The position numbers were made by a program, and so were the translations under genes. Under the pieces are notes generated by a model, which was given only the letters and a program-made list of their open reading frames with translations, searched no databases and had not been told where the DNA came from. Shown piece after piece: positions 1 through 12,911 of a stretch of 64,000 nucleotides of DNA. The stretch is from Octopus sinensis. Lineage: Eukaryota. The stretch lies in contig NC_043014.1 of the NCBI RefSeq assembly GCF_006345805.1, positions 45,136,001-45,200,000 on the forward strand, given 5' to 3'. Position 1 is the first letter of the stretch. Each line of letters opens with the position of its first letter.

Positions 1-183
1 ACAAGCACCTACACATACATATACACACACGGCAGTAACTTCCGCCCACCAAATTCAATCACAAAGCTTTGGTCGGCCTGGGGCTATAGCAGAAGATATT
101 TGCCCAAAGTGCCACAAAGTGGGACTGAACCCAAAACCATGTAGCTAGGAAGGAAGCTCCGTAGCCACAAGCCATGCCCGTGC
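1..183 (-). mobile_element. tRNA-derived CORE-type SINE (family B), 5' part, runs off window start
   Basis: Reverse complement of the family B head and CORE-like segment (GGTTCAGTCCCAC...TTGGGCAAATATCTTCTGCTATAGCCCCAGGCCGACCAAAGC), matching the copy at 3631. Confidence 0.8.
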
Positions 184-499
184 CATATATATAGACACAA
201 ACATATATATTTATACATACATATGTACATACATACATACATACATATGTATAATGAGCTTTCACATGGTTTCCATCCATCCATCCATCCAATGAATTTA
301 CTCAAAAGGCATTAGTTAACCCTATTTGCCAGGGATGCCATGTAGCAAAACATGAAGCTATGTGATTGCAAAGTGAATTAATTTATAATACAACATTACT
401 GCATATATACCATCACACACACACATACACAACCTGAAATTACAGTAGAGGGCTATACATCAGCCACATTAGGTCTGGGCAGTTAGAGCTACCTATATC

Positions 500-1595
500 A
501 TCACTGGTTGAAGAATTCAAGGTAGCAAAGTGTAGGGTTATGATGATGTCTAAAGACTCCAGCAATGAAAAGATCAGAAAAGTACCTGTAACTACAAGAT
601 TAAAACTCAAGTAGATAGATGAAAATGCAGTGACACATGAAGAAGGAGAAACAAAGGTTCAGGGCTGTGGAATATGGGTCTCAAAGAGCCTGAACAAAGT
701 GGGATCTGCAAAAGCAAAAGATCAAAAGGCCCATATTTTGAAGCATGAAGTCCTTCTGCATCTCTTTCCTGTGCTAATCAGTGACATCTCCCAACACTAA
801 CAAACTTACACAGATGAAAAATAAAAGGACTTTCAGGGGAGACTACATGGATAGGTATACCAACATACATACTAGCATGCTACAAGACTACTTTTAGCCA
901 GATAGGGATATATAGGCGAGGAGATATCGATAGCACCATGACAAGGTCCTCAGAGTACTGGCTGACATTTCGGAACAGAAGAGACAAAGAATGTCACACC
1001 CATGTCAGATCCTCTCCAGCTGTTCAGTTCATGAGGGAGTAGGGGAAGCCAATCTCCTTCAAAAAGACTAAGAACAACTTCCCTGCAGGCAGCACAATCA
1101 TGAGAGATGAGGGTGAGCCTGGGAAGGAAAGTTCACTTTCCCCAAATTGTCCAAATATCTTTGGGGCCCAACAGAGCCATATAATCAAAGGAGGCATAAT
1201 AATGCTTATTGAACTGATAGCCTCATAGGAAGATGGATGTAGGGAGGTTTCAAGAGAGAAAAGTCACCAGGTACCAGGATCTGGCACAGCAGTGTAGGAG
1301 AAAAGTTTGGCAGTCTGGCTATTTTTAATTGAAGTTGGCTACAGGGTCTTCTCAGCATAGTCTGTGTTGAAGACGGTGATAGCTCTGGGAGTGGCAGGAA
1401 AGTAGAGGAAGGCAGCTGCTCAGAAACTGGAGAAGCAACAGAAAGAGCATTTTGCTGGCCCTGGAAGAAGTGGAAAATATTAAGCTGGAAGCTACAATAA
1501 GATGGGCAGTGACTGTCTACTACAATACCTACAGTGATGGCCAGTGGATTAAGGTTAAAACACCCAAGGAAAGTTGAACACTACTTGATGACTTT
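500..1595 (+). mobile_element. Degraded 3' half of a HERO-like (R2-group, restriction-like endonuclease) non-LTR retrotransposon
   Basis: Interrupted + strand translation gives LVEEFKVAKCRVMMM, RHDKVLRVLADISEQKR, MLIELIAS*EDGC and IEVGYRVF-like motifs, typical of the zinc-knuckle/RLE end. Many stops and frameshifts. Confidence 0.7.
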
Positions 1596-2423
1596 TTCTC
1601 CTGGCTGAAAGCTAGTTATAAGAGTGTGAGTGAATCTTGTTAGCATCTCTAATGTATAACGATAGTAAATATGTACATATATTTGTGTGTGTGTATGTGC
1701 GTAGGTGTACCTATTGCATCATAATCATCATAACCACTCTTCCATTCTTGCATAAGTCAAACAGAATTCATTGAAATAGACTTACTATGACTGGATATCC
1801 TTCCTATTATCAACCCTCACTTGTTTTCAAGCAAAGTAATATTTTCTCATGACCAGAGATGTTTTCATGGCAGATTGGAAATGAATGATTCCACTTGTGT
1901 GACTGCAACATTCATTTACAACTATCACACAATGTCAAGAAGAGGAAACTAAAACACACACACACACACACACAGATACATATATACATGTACATGACAG
2001 ATTTCTTTCAGTTTCCATCTGCCAAAACAACTCATATATTTTGTTTACTTTGGGAAAGTCAAACTGCCAATAAAACACATGCACTGATTGTATTTCATTT
2101 TGGTTTTATTATCAATTAATTAGACTGATTAATTAAGTAATTGACTAATGAACTAATTAGCTAATTAACTGATGTTAAATCTAAAGTGAAATACAAGCTG
2201 TGCATGCATTTTATAGTAGTACAATATCTATTACAACATATGACTTCATATCAAGAAACTTGTAAAATAAAATAAAACATATCTTTCAGAAGTTCACCAA
2301 AACTATACTTTCATTCACAATATAGTATAATATTTTCTTAATAAGACATTCTATTACTAGAAGTAACATCATTTCCAACCAAAACATAATGAACAGAGAA
2401 ATTCACATTACCCAAAAAAAAAA

Positions 2424-2457
<34 letters not shown>

Positions 2458-3630
2458 GAAAAACTGAACTTAATTGGTAAGCAGTGCTGCAATTTTAGCT
2501 ATGTTAACTGAGTAATTGCTAATTATCGAGAAAATAATCAGTTTGGATTCTGTGAGAAAACATTGAAACAAAAGTGTTACATTTTATATGGTTTGATATG
2601 AATATGAGAGAGAAATTGTTTAAAAGTATTTAATACTACTGGAGAAATCTAACACAGACTATAAAAGTTGACTGAGGATTGTAAAATTACATTTAAAAAA
2701 ATAATGGAAAGCTATATTTCAATTCATATTTTTAAACCTTAAAAAAAACCAGTTTATTTCATGTTTTTGGTAAAAAAAAAATATCCTATACAAACAATGA
2801 AACTAAAATTCATGTGCAATGCAAACAAATTTGAGGTTTGGAGTAATCCTTTAGTTAGTTCACTGGTATGTACTTGTGAATTAATATAATAGTCATCACA
2901 TTCCTTGATACATTCTCATTACTCCTCTTGTTCCCCATTCTCTCTTCACTTTACTCTCTCTTTAGCTGTCTTGAAATCCATCCACCCACAACATAGCAGC
3001 ATTATACCCAGGACAGAATTTTTCTTATAGCCACTGCAGCTGGACTTGCCTGCCCAGTATTGGCCAAGTCAGTTATCAACAAGCCTGCAGTCAATGTAGA
3101 CAGTTCGTTTCATGAATCTTCACTTACATATCCAAGTCATGATGATGTAAAACAAATAAAAACAAATAATATAAGATCAAGTGCACACACCTCTCACACT
3201 GAATTTATATTTGGTTTTATTTTACCTTCCCTACTTTTATAACCTGTTCAGTATTTCAATCCAGTAAAATAAAAATAAAAACAATGATTAATAAAGATAC
3301 TAATTGTTTCACTTCTTTTATTTTATAGTCATCACTTGAGATACAGTCTTTATAGTGTCTCCTTCATAGTGATGTAACTCCTTTAAGGGATGAAAATATT
3401 TAAGATATAAAAGAAACAATGAAAAATTATGTAAAGAGTGTAATAATCTTTAATAAATACAAATTCTAAAGCAGGATCTGTTTGATCTTTATTAATCCAA
3501 AATTTCATAATTAGATCTACTTTTATTGATGTACTGAGTACAAAATGCTTCCTTTTCAGCTTTTCACTAGCAAATTCCTTCCACTGGTCTTTCAGACATG
3601 GTACTGAGTGAAAATTATAATAAATTGAAG

Positions 3631-3805
3631 TAGGAGTGGCTGTGTGGTAAGTAGCTTGCTAACCAACCACATGGTTCCGGGTTCAGTCCCACTGCGTGGC
3701 ATTTTGGGCAAGTGTCTTCTGCTATAGCCTCGGGCCGACCAATGCCTTGTGAGTGGATTTGGTAGACGGAAACTGAAAGAAGCCTGTCGTATATATGTAT
3801 ATATG

Positions 3806-3836
<31 letters not shown>

Positions 3837-4050
3837 GTTTGTGCGTCTGTGTTTGTCCCCCTAGCATTGCTTGACAACCGATGCTGGTGTGTTTACGTCC
3901 CCGTCACTTAGCGGTTCGGCAAAAGAGACCGATAGAATAAGTACTGGGCTTACAAAGAATAAGTCCCGGGGTCGATTTGCTCGACTAAAGGCGGTGCTCC
4001 AGCATGGCCGCAGTCAAATGACTGAAACAAGTAAAAGAGTAAAGAGTAAA
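3631..4050 (+). mobile_element. Full-length family B SINE (tRNA head + CORE-like + internal (TA)n(TG)n + second module + (AAAGAGT) tail)
   Basis: GGAGTGGCTGTGTGGTAAG A-box-like start, GGTTCAGTCCC B-box-like, TTGGGCAAGTGTCTT core, tail GCTCCAGCATGGCCGCAGTCAAATGACTGAAACAAGTAAAAGAG. About 10 copies in the window. Confidence 0.9.
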
Positions 4051-4299
4051 TAAATAAGTATGGAGATGGGTAAGTGCACAAGTCAAAACAGCAGAGCTGA
4101 GTGGTGCAAACTACTACAAAACCTGATAGATCCAAAACTAAACAGTTCTTTTTGTTATTGTTTGGTTTTGAACTAAGATACATGAAGAGGTGTTTTCCTT
4201 ACAATTTTTGTTTTGCAAATTTTTATTCCTCGATTTATCCCTGTTGCAATGGCGCCAAAACACAGACTGTGCACCGCTGCAGTCTGTGGGTACAAAATA

Positions 4300-5330
4300 A
4301 ACAAAGTAAAAGCATAACATTAGAAACTAATTTAGAAGTGTCGCAGAGATTCAACGATGAACAGTGAGTCGTAGATATTCGAAGAGCTCTGTCTGCAACC
4401 AACAACTGTATAAACAATTCACAGTAACGCCAAAATAAAGTGCTTTTGCTTAAACTGTAACAGCTTTAGCTGCAACGAAATTAACTAGGAATAGAACCAG
4501 TATAATGGAAAATATAGGAAAACTTTTACTCAAAGGACAGCATAGCTACACACCAGCATACCTCTCTATGTTTGCTACTTATTATAAAAATGCAAGTTTT
4601 AAGCGTAATTGATGACCTTAAGAAAAAACAGCGTATTGGGAAAATTAAAATTTCATTGCAAATTGTGGTTCATATGAGCATTTCAAGAATTGTCTAAAAT
4701 TACAGGGTATAGAGTAACAGGTGAGTCTGTAAGTACCAACGAAGATACAGCAGCTGCATTTCCAGTTTTACTGAACAATATTATTGACAAGGAGATATAC
4801 TGTAGCAAATTTTTAACATAGATGAATCAGGCTTGATATTGAAACAAATGCCAAAACAAACATATATTTTTTTATGAAGGAAAAACAGCACCAAAGTTCA
4901 AGGCTGCCAAAAATTGCATGTATCTCCTACTAGGTGGTAATGCATCATAAGATGTAAATTTTAAGCCACCGCCTTTTTATCATTGAGACACCACAACGCT
5001 ATGAAAGGTTAATCTAAATACCTATTTCTTTACTACCCACAAGGGGCTAAACACAGAGGGGACAAACAAGGACAGACATAGGTATTAAGTCGATTACATC
5101 AACCCCAGTGCGTAACTGGTACTTAATTTATCGACCCCGAAAGGATGAAAAGCAAAGTCGACCTCGGCGGAATTTGAACTCACATCGTAGCGGCAGACAA
5201 AATACCGCTGAGCATTTCACCCGGCGTGCTAACGTTTCTGCCAGCTCGCCGCCTTTAATCTAAATCTAAATACCTTCCCTTTATACGGCAATCAAATAAA
5301 GAGGCATAGCTCACAAGAACAGTGTTCCAA
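4300..5330 (+). mobile_element. Tigger/pogo transposase fossil interrupted by a SINE
   Basis: Translations SITLETNLEVSQRF (psq-type HTH), GESVSTNEDTAAAFPVLLNNII, IDESGLI*KQMPKQTY, APKFKAAKNCMYLLLGGNAS match pogo DDE motifs (NxDETGLxWKxMP, KDRxTLLLGGNA). Confidence 0.8.
5021..5255 (-). mobile_element. Family A SINE (tRNA head, Meta-like central domain) with target site duplication
   Basis: Reverse complement reads GGCGGCGAGCTGGCAGAAACGTTAGCACG...GAGTTCAAATTCC...TTTCATCCTTTCGGGGTCGATAAATTAAGTACC...GTGGGTAGTAAAGAAATAGG. Flanked by TTAATCTAAAT at 5009-5019 and 5255-5265. Confidence 0.9.
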
Positions 5331-5519
5331 GATTAGTTTACTATGCGCTTCTACCCAGTTGTCAAAGAATATTGTCAGCCTAAGAACCTTGGAAATAAAA
5401 CCTTGCTATCTGTGAACAATATTCTAGGTTACCCACCTAATTTGGGTGACCTAACAGATAATGTGCAAGTAGCATTTCTGCTTCCAAACACCCAGCTTGA
5501 CTCAGTTTGTTAACTATAG

Positions 5520-5860
5520 CAGTGGTTCTCAACTGAGATCTGTAAAAGATTTTGTTGCTAAGATTTGTGCCATAAATTGGTTATACTTCCACAATACACA
5601 AAATATTTGAATATAAATAAAACTGAAATGAATTTTCTCCTTCTTTGACAGAAATTTCTGTTTTAAATGTTTGCTTCAAGAATACAATCTGCTGAACTGC
5701 AACCATGCACACACTTTCAAAGAAGTCTTGTACTTAGGAATCAGATTTCTCTTCTTACATGAACAACCCACATTAGATTACCTTCATGTTTTAAGTAGGA
5801 GGCTTTTGCTTAAAATTTTATATCTCCATCTAAACTTCAAGCAAACTCTTACATGAGACT
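5520..5860. mobile_element. hAT/Charlie-type terminal fragment
   Basis: Starts with CAGTGGTTCTCAAC, a Charlie-type hAT terminus. The remainder is degenerate. Confidence 0.4.
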
Positions 5861-5944
5861 AATCAACTACATTCTCATTAGTTTAAATGGCTCTGTATTA
5901 AAAATTGAATTAAGATGTATTGTAATTAAAGGAATCAGTTGCAG

Positions 5945-6125
5945 TGTGCAAGAGAGAAGACCATAATGGCAAAGACATTTGATGCATATGAAGGATGACA
6001 GTTGAGTGAAGAAGAGTCAAATGACCAGAGTGGAAGGATGCTACAGAAGTGGAAGACAGAGGAGATGCAGGAGGAAGTGGTGAAAGCTAATCTCAGGTTG
6101 CTGAGAAAATCACATAAAAGTTCAA
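5945..6125 (+). mobile_element. RTE LINE 3' fragment
   Basis: Degenerate purine-rich VEG..RGR..W-type C-terminal RTE region, followed by (GAT)n. Confidence 0.45.
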
Positions 6126-6159
6126 ATGGGAAGTGATGATGATGATGGGGATGACAACA

Positions 6160-6535
6160 ATGATCATCATCATCATCATCATCATCATTTAGCGTCCGCT
6201 TTCCATGCTAGCATGGGTTGGACGGTTCAACTGGGGTCTGGGAAGCCAGAAGGCTGCACCAGGCCCAGTCTAATCTGGCAATGTTTCTACGGTTGGATGC
6301 CCTTCCTAACGCCAACCACTCCGTGAGTGTAGTGGGTGCTTTTTACGTGCCACCGGAGCAGGTGCCAGGCGAGGCTGGCAATGGCCACGATCAGATGGTG
6401 CTTTTTACATGCCACCGGCACGGGGGTCAAGCAAGGCTGGCAACGGCCACGTTCGGATGGTTCGCTTACGTGCCACCGGCACTGGTATCACAGCTATAAT
6501 TTCCATTGATGTTGATCGATTTCAATTTTGATTCT
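6160..6535 (-). mobile_element. Family C non-autonomous retroelement (RTE-like 3' tail, (GAT)n end, internal tandem units)
   Basis: Forward (CAT)n-TTAGCGTCCGCTTTCCATGCTAGCATGGGTTGG...GATGCCCTTCCTAACGCCAACCACT...GTGCTTTTTACGTGCCACC repeated. More than 10 copies in the window. Confidence 0.85.
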
Positions 6536-6799
6536 TACATTATTTTTCATTTTTTTAAATACAAAACATTTTCCCCAAATCTTTCCTTCTAGAATAATGA
6601 GTGTACGTATGTCTTCGCTCAAATCTTAAACCTGTACGAAGTTCAAATTAAATTAAGACAGCACCAACAGGTCACCCAAACTTTTTCAGTAAGTGACTCT
6701 TATTCCTTTCCAAAGTGCCTCCTATACATTAATGATACTCCTTTTCTTTGGAGCATCTCAAAACTGATGGAGTGATAGAGGCACTACTGATAATTATCT

Positions 6800-7000
6800 T
6801 TTCTACCTTAACAGGTCAGCCTCTTATAGCAATACTCATAGAAGTACTTATTTTATTGACCCCAAAGGATGAAAGGCAAAGTTGACCTTGGCAGAATTTG
6901 AACTCAGAATGTGCAGATGAATGAAATATTGAAATATTGCTAAGCATTTTTCCAAGCATGCTAACAGTTCTTCCAGCTTGCTGCCTTGATAATCATGATA
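6800..7000 (-). mobile_element. Degenerate family A SINE
   Basis: TTGACCCCAAAGGATGAAAGGCAAAGTTGACCTTGGCAGAATTTGAACTCAGAATG matches the copies at 5021 and 12653. Confidence 0.75.
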
Positions 7001-7574
7001 ATAATCATCTATTGACCAAGTGTTAGTGAAAAATCACTTCTTAATCTTGTTTTGAAGGGAATTATCTGATTTGATTAAAGAATATTTTAAGATACATAAC
7101 ATATCTCTATCTCATGCAACCCCCCAATCCCTATGAAACTATACATTGGTTTTTAGTTGAAACAATTCAAAATACAAACATATTATTCTAATTAGTTATA
7201 GCTTAGCAATTACAACAATTTTCAATAAAGAAGTAATTTGATAGTAAACTGCTAAATGTAGTAGTTAATGAATAGCTTAAGGCACATGTCCTGTCAGTGT
7301 CTAGCATGGATTATTTTTTGAGGTGAAATAGTTGAGTGGATAAAATGCTGATGTATCAAATTCATTTCTCAAATGTTTGCAAGTTGTGTCTTTATACCAT
7401 ATTTTCCTGTTTCCTGTGTTGTGTTAATAAGAAACATTTGTACTGCTGAAGAATATTAGAGGCTTATTGAAATATTATACATCTATTTTCCCAAGTAAGC
7501 ACAAATTAGAGTGTTTTATTCAGACATTTCTGTGAGGTGTTGGAATTAGTACTTTATAGTTTGGATAATTTTCA

Positions 7575-7830
7575 TAACTAAAGCTTTTTAAAGCGTGAGA
7601 AGGCCCTTCTTTCACACAAACTGTTATGGCCGTTCAAGAATTTGGACCTGGAGATCTCCATTTCCAGCGACTTCGAGGGCCACCTCCCAGTGGTGTCGGG
7701 CATCAACGAAGAGCCCTCAACTACAACAAGACGACCAAAGTTTTTTGTTTTTTCCCAAGGTCTGGAGTCTCCTGCCCCTAAGCCCTAGACCATCACCTAA
7801 TCATCCTTACCCATCTTGTTGCTTAACAAC
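7575..7830. repeat. GC-rich island, probably an unclassified interspersed repeat fragment
   Basis: Abrupt rise in GC within AT-rich DNA, ending at (CAA)n. No family motif recognised. Confidence 0.35.
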
Positions 7831-8578
7831 AACAACAACAACAAACTGTTATGCACTACTAAATTCTTGTACTCTTAACATGAACAGACTAACTTCACCT
7901 AAACTTTTTATAAGATATATCAAAGAAAACAAAATTATGTTTTTTGACACAATGATGTAGAAATGCTTTAATCTATGGCTATTAAACAATAAAACCAACA
8001 AACCACTTGATCCAGCTGAATCACTCCTAAGAAATTTGCCTACAATGTGATGACCCAATGATTATTTCATGAACATATTTAACAATTATACATGAATTTT
8101 TGCTAGCTCTAAAGCAACGACTCCCACATTTAGATTAATTACTCCAAATGGAATAAAAACTGCATTTGGTTAGGATAGTATCAGTGGCACACACAGCCAG
8201 GGGATCCCATGCACTTGTCCTACTCCACCTCCCCAATGTGAAGTACATCATCCCACTTGAGAAAAGAGGTTCCAAGTGCAAAAATAAATTAAAGTCTGCA
8301 ATAGTCCTCTGTTCTACATCATTCTCACATTTCATTCTGCACTGCACAAGAAATACAAGTCACTAATAGGAAAACACAATGTCATGAGCAGGGGTGTGTA
8401 GCTGGCAGTAATCCAATTTGCATAATCAAATTTGTACTCAAATGGAGTGCTTTATTGTATCATAGTTTACTGTATTATAGTTTACTTTAAATTGGATATG
8501 TTTCTTGCCATGCTACATTACATCTCTATATCTCCCATGCTTACTGCAGCAGACCTGTAACCAAACTACCATCCTGGT

Positions 8579-8614
<36 letters not shown>

Positions 8615-8616
<2 letters not shown>

Positions 8617-8990
8617 CATCATCATCATCATCATCAATGTCATCATTTAATGTTCGTTGTCCATGCTGGCATGAGTTCGATGGTTTGACTGAGCCGGCAT
8701 GCTGGAAAGCTACACCAGGATCCAGTCTGGTTTGGCATGGTTTTTTACAGCTAGATGCCCTTCCTAATGCCAACCACTCCAAGAATGTAATGGATGCTTT
8801 TACATGCCATCAGCACGGGTGCCATTTGTGTGACACCAGTATCTGTCACGACTGCGATTTTGCTTGGTTTGGTGGATCTTCTCAAGCATGACATAATGCC
8901 AAAAGCCTCACTCATTGCCTCTGTGAGGCTTAACACTCAAAAGGAGCTCAGCCATTTTGCCTCCATGAAGCCCAACGTTCAAAGGTTGAT
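8615..8990 (-). mobile_element. Family C element, preceded by (GT)n(CAT)n
   Basis: Same tail and GATGCCCTTCCTAATGCCAACCACT core as the copy at 6160. Confidence 0.8.
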
Positions 8991-9889
8991 TTTTTTTTAT
9001 ATCTATTATATATTATAGATATAAATCTGACAAAAGTTTAATAAAAAACAACTACATAATATCTAAATCATTTACTCTCTTGTTTTCTAAGACAAGGAGG
9101 ACAAGATGACATTCATGTATTTGAATTATGCATTGATGCTGAAATTTGTCAGTGGTTTTTGTCAAACAAATGATTAAATTATATAACGTTATTAAATTGA
9201 AATGCTTTTTATTGTTTTACAGATTTCAGTTCTTAATTCATTCTTCAATAAAAAAAAAAGTAAAATTATTTATCATAAGAATGTGCATCTACATGCTTGT
9301 CACTCTTATTTCACAAGAAAAATACATTTAAAAGACAATTTTTTTGTTGTTTTCCTTTCAAAAATTAAAGAGTGTTCATCTCGTTTTAATACTTTTTATA
9401 TGCATATTGTGTTCATTGATTTTGATATTAACAGATGAGCAACACATACACATACATTATGAAGTATATTATCACAATTTGAAAATAAAATTGCTTCTTT
9501 CATAAAAAGAAATTATACATTAGCACCGCATACATTGCCTATTAACTGCGTATATAAAATCTCTTATTCTGAACCACATTTAATGAAATTAAAATTTGAT
9601 CTTTTAATATCAAAAATCTTCCTTGTGTGGATGTTATCAATCACAATTTCACAATATCCAGTATACTGCTTTCTGGATTCATAAATGAATAATTTGTAAA
9701 TTTAAAATCTTTAAATGCAATGATGAAATGTATTAATCAGCAAAATTTCAATAACTGATATCTATCAATGCTAGAGGGTTGCATATTCTTCAGGGGTTGC
9801 TAAAACACCATCATCACCACCACCACTGCCACCTTGCCTACGGTTACATACTGAAATTAAATTATCATCTCTGTCTCAGTGCTGGCATT

Positions 9890-11100
9890 AAATTCCTGCT
9901 CAATAAGCCGACATGTCCAAAGATATTTTTTGTGCTTGCTAGCCAGTCACAGCTGAAAAACCTTTGCAGCCTGGCATTGTTTTTGCACCTGATGATATGG
10001 TAGTGTGATGTTTATTAAAGCTAGGTTTATGGGTGGATCAAATTATTCAAGTATAGCAACACACGAAATACCAGCTTAAGTTGCCATTGGTGAGTGACAT
10101 TTCTTTAAATTCTACTTCAAAATTCACAGTGTATATGTTGTGCAGTGACTCTGTAGCGAGAGGTAACAAAGACATAGCAATTTTCATACCACCCAGTACC
10201 ATACTGTTGAAAAGAATAAGTTGTGAATAAATCTAAACTTAGTTGAATTGAGAATAATATCATAAAACATTTCAACCCAAGAATAAAATAGTATCTAAGA
10301 AAATGAAGTACACATCAAGTGACTGAAAGTATGCAGAAACAATTTAGCTGTAACTGTTTTTGCATACCTCACTGAGATGGTTGTGGATCAAGTTTTTGAA
10401 CTGTAAGTAGCTATAGTGAACTCCCTTGCTGCAAAAGCACACCCTAAAAAACACTGTCTTTCATGAAATATTCATCACATAACAAGTTTATCTATCAGAG
10501 ACTTCCTTTGAGAGATGAATATGTTGAATTGCTCTTTTAAGGGAAAAAATTCTTCTGTCATTATTATCACTTTCTGTAAACAACTAGAACAAATGCATAG
10601 GTGAGTCAATGTCAACATCATTCCACTGTTTACCAGGCTAGACAAATTTCTTCATGGTAGCTAGGGTTCAATGCCTGCCAATCAAAATTATTGAACACCA
10701 ATAACAAAATATCATCCCCAAAGTTGGCTCTATAGAGATAAACCAACTGTTTCTTGTCATTAAAGATGTCATTTTTGACATCAACCCTGTGAAAGATGAA
10801 TTACAGAAATCGAGAAATAATTCAGTAACCCATAGCACATTTGATACTATCAAGGATATTGCATCTTTTTGGCTTCATCAAGGAACAATGGAATATCCAA
10901 CCGTAATGAATCAGGCTATCTTCATAAATCTTCCATTATCCACAACCAAATTATGTGAATTAGTGTTCTCAACAACATGACATGTCAAGTCTGAGACTAG
11001 AAACTGGCTTCTTCCAAAATCAGATATGAGGTTATTTCTTTCAAAAATTAAATCATGCACCGAAAACTTGGTGTCAAAAAAACTTCATTCAGCCAACTAA
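9890..11100 (+). mobile_element. hAT (Charlie/ZBED5-type) transposase fossil, C-terminal half
   Basis: ORF 10789-10980 and its continuation read SFWLHQGTMEYPTVMNQAIFINLPLSTTKLCELVFSTT*HVKSETRNWLLPKSDMRLFLSKIKS, matching the hAT dimerisation consensus LPFxTTYLCExGFS...KTKxRNRL...DMR..LS. Confidence 0.85.
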
Positions 11101-11384
11101 GACTAAGATTTTAATGGCACTATATAGTAAGTACTGAATTGTACTAAAATTGTATGCTTGCATTTTGTATAAAACACAAATTTACACTGGGACATGAACT
11201 GTTAGGGGTGAAACTGGAAGTTAGGAAAATAAATCCAATTTTCAATGTCATCTCATGTATGTAAGATGGCCAAGTCAAGGAACTGATTAGTCAAAATAAG
11301 CTCTGATAATCTATAACTTATATGTATCAATTACACAATGATATACAACAATATCTATTTATTTCATTTTTGTGGATACTGAGA

Positions 11385-11705
11385 GCCCCTTCGGTCATGA
11401 CTGACCATGGGATTGCACCTAGAAAGTTACCCTCCCAAGCACAAGTCCGGGCAAGGTTGTTTATAGAAGACCAGCAGTCACCCATACATCCCAGCCTCTC
11501 CTCTCCACACCACCAGTATTATCCAAGGGAAAGGCAAAGGGGCTGATACAGCTTGGCAACTCATTTCTACAGCTGAATGAACTGGAGCAATGTGAAATAA
11601 AGTTTCTTGCTCAAGAACACAACACACAGCCTGATCTGGGATTCGAACTCACAACCTCACCATCGTAAGCTTGACGCTCTAACCACTGAGCCATGCACCT
11701 TCACA
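11385..11705 (-). mobile_element. tRNA-Arg-like SINE (family D)
   Basis: Reverse complement GGTGCATGGCTCAGTGGTTAGAGCG..CTTACGA..GAGTTCGAATCCC then GTGTTCTTGAGCAAGAAACTTT: A/B boxes plus a CORE/V-like segment. Confidence 0.8.
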
Positions 11706-12004
11706 TTTCTGGATAGAAATAAGTTAATTGCTAAATTTATTTTTATAAGATTAGTTAAGTATGTTGGAATAAGTCAAATATATTCCTTTTATTCTGAAGT
11801 TTATACTTCAGATAGTAAGAAACCTATAAATAACATAGAAGAAAAGATAAACAAAGAGGAAAAAATATATAAATATATCTGAGGAAAAAGATTTATAAAT
11901 ATATCTGAAAAAGTTTGTGAGCAGGTTACAACTAAAAAAAAAAATTAAAACAATTTAGAGGTAAATAACCAATCTGTTTATCCACTCGAAAATATGGGTA
12001 TTAA

Positions 12005-12225
12005 ACCTTTAGTGGTCATAGCACCAATTTTTCTAGATATGCTTATGTGTGATAAAAAAAAACAAGGAAAGCTAACTCAAAAAAAAGAATGTAACTTTCT
12101 ATGTGATTTTGGAGGAGGGTAAACAGCAATCAAAAAATGTTATCAACAAGTCTGGTTTGAACAAACAGCACTTTTTATTCATGTTGTTATAGTAGTTGTA
12201 TTCGGCTGTTTCGAATGCTAAAGGG
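12005..12225. mobile_element. piggyBac-type MITE, degenerate
   Basis: TTAA at 12001-12004 and 12226-12229. Ends ACCTTTAG...CTAAAGGG. Confidence 0.65.
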
Positions 12226-12652
12226 TTAATCATTAAAATGTCTTGACTGCAATAAAGCTGTCAGATAATACCATTTAAATTTCCATTTAGAAAAATGTTA
12301 GCACTACTTTAAGACCATGTGCATATAAAGCACTGCTTAAGTGTTTATTTAAAAAAAACTACAAATTTGCTAATATTTCCATATTAAGTTATCTTACAAT
12401 CCTATAGGATTGTCATTAAAAGAAGACTTTTATATTTTTGAAAGTTCGTGCACAAAAGAATTAAGCAAAATTCATCAAGTAACATAAACACTTGCCATAT
12501 TGTTTTCCTGGAATATCTTGATCATAATTTATAACAGATTTCCAATATGATACTTTAATTACAAAATATTAACTTTCTTTGACAGAAAAACAACATTACC
12601 CACCTCCATTTTTGCTGAATTTCAGAATAAAGTACATTGATGAATATCCTAT

Positions 12653-12882
12653 TTCTTTACTACCCACAAGGGGCTAAACACAGAGAGGACAAACAAGGAC
12701 AGACAAACGGAGTAAGTCGATTATACCGACCCCAGTGCGTAACTGGTACTTATTTAATCGACCCCGAAAGGATGAAAGGCAAAGTCGACCTCAGCAGAAT
12801 TTGAACTCAGAATGTAGCGGCAGACGGAATACCGCTAAGCATTTCGCCCGGTGTGCTAACGATTCTACCAGCTCGCCGCCTT
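12653..12882 (-). mobile_element. Family A SINE with long target site duplication
   Basis: Near-identical to the copy at 5021. CATTGATGAATATCCTAT is duplicated at 12635-12652 and 12886-12903. Confidence 0.9.
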
Positions 12883-12911
12883 ATTCATTGATGAATATCC
12901 TATAAACATAT

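Noticed and set aside
11600-11705. tRNA-like sequences here and at 17580-17655, and at family A and B heads
   Set aside because: They run directly into SINE bodies and lack a proper acceptor stem and terminator, so they are SINE heads rather than tRNA genes.
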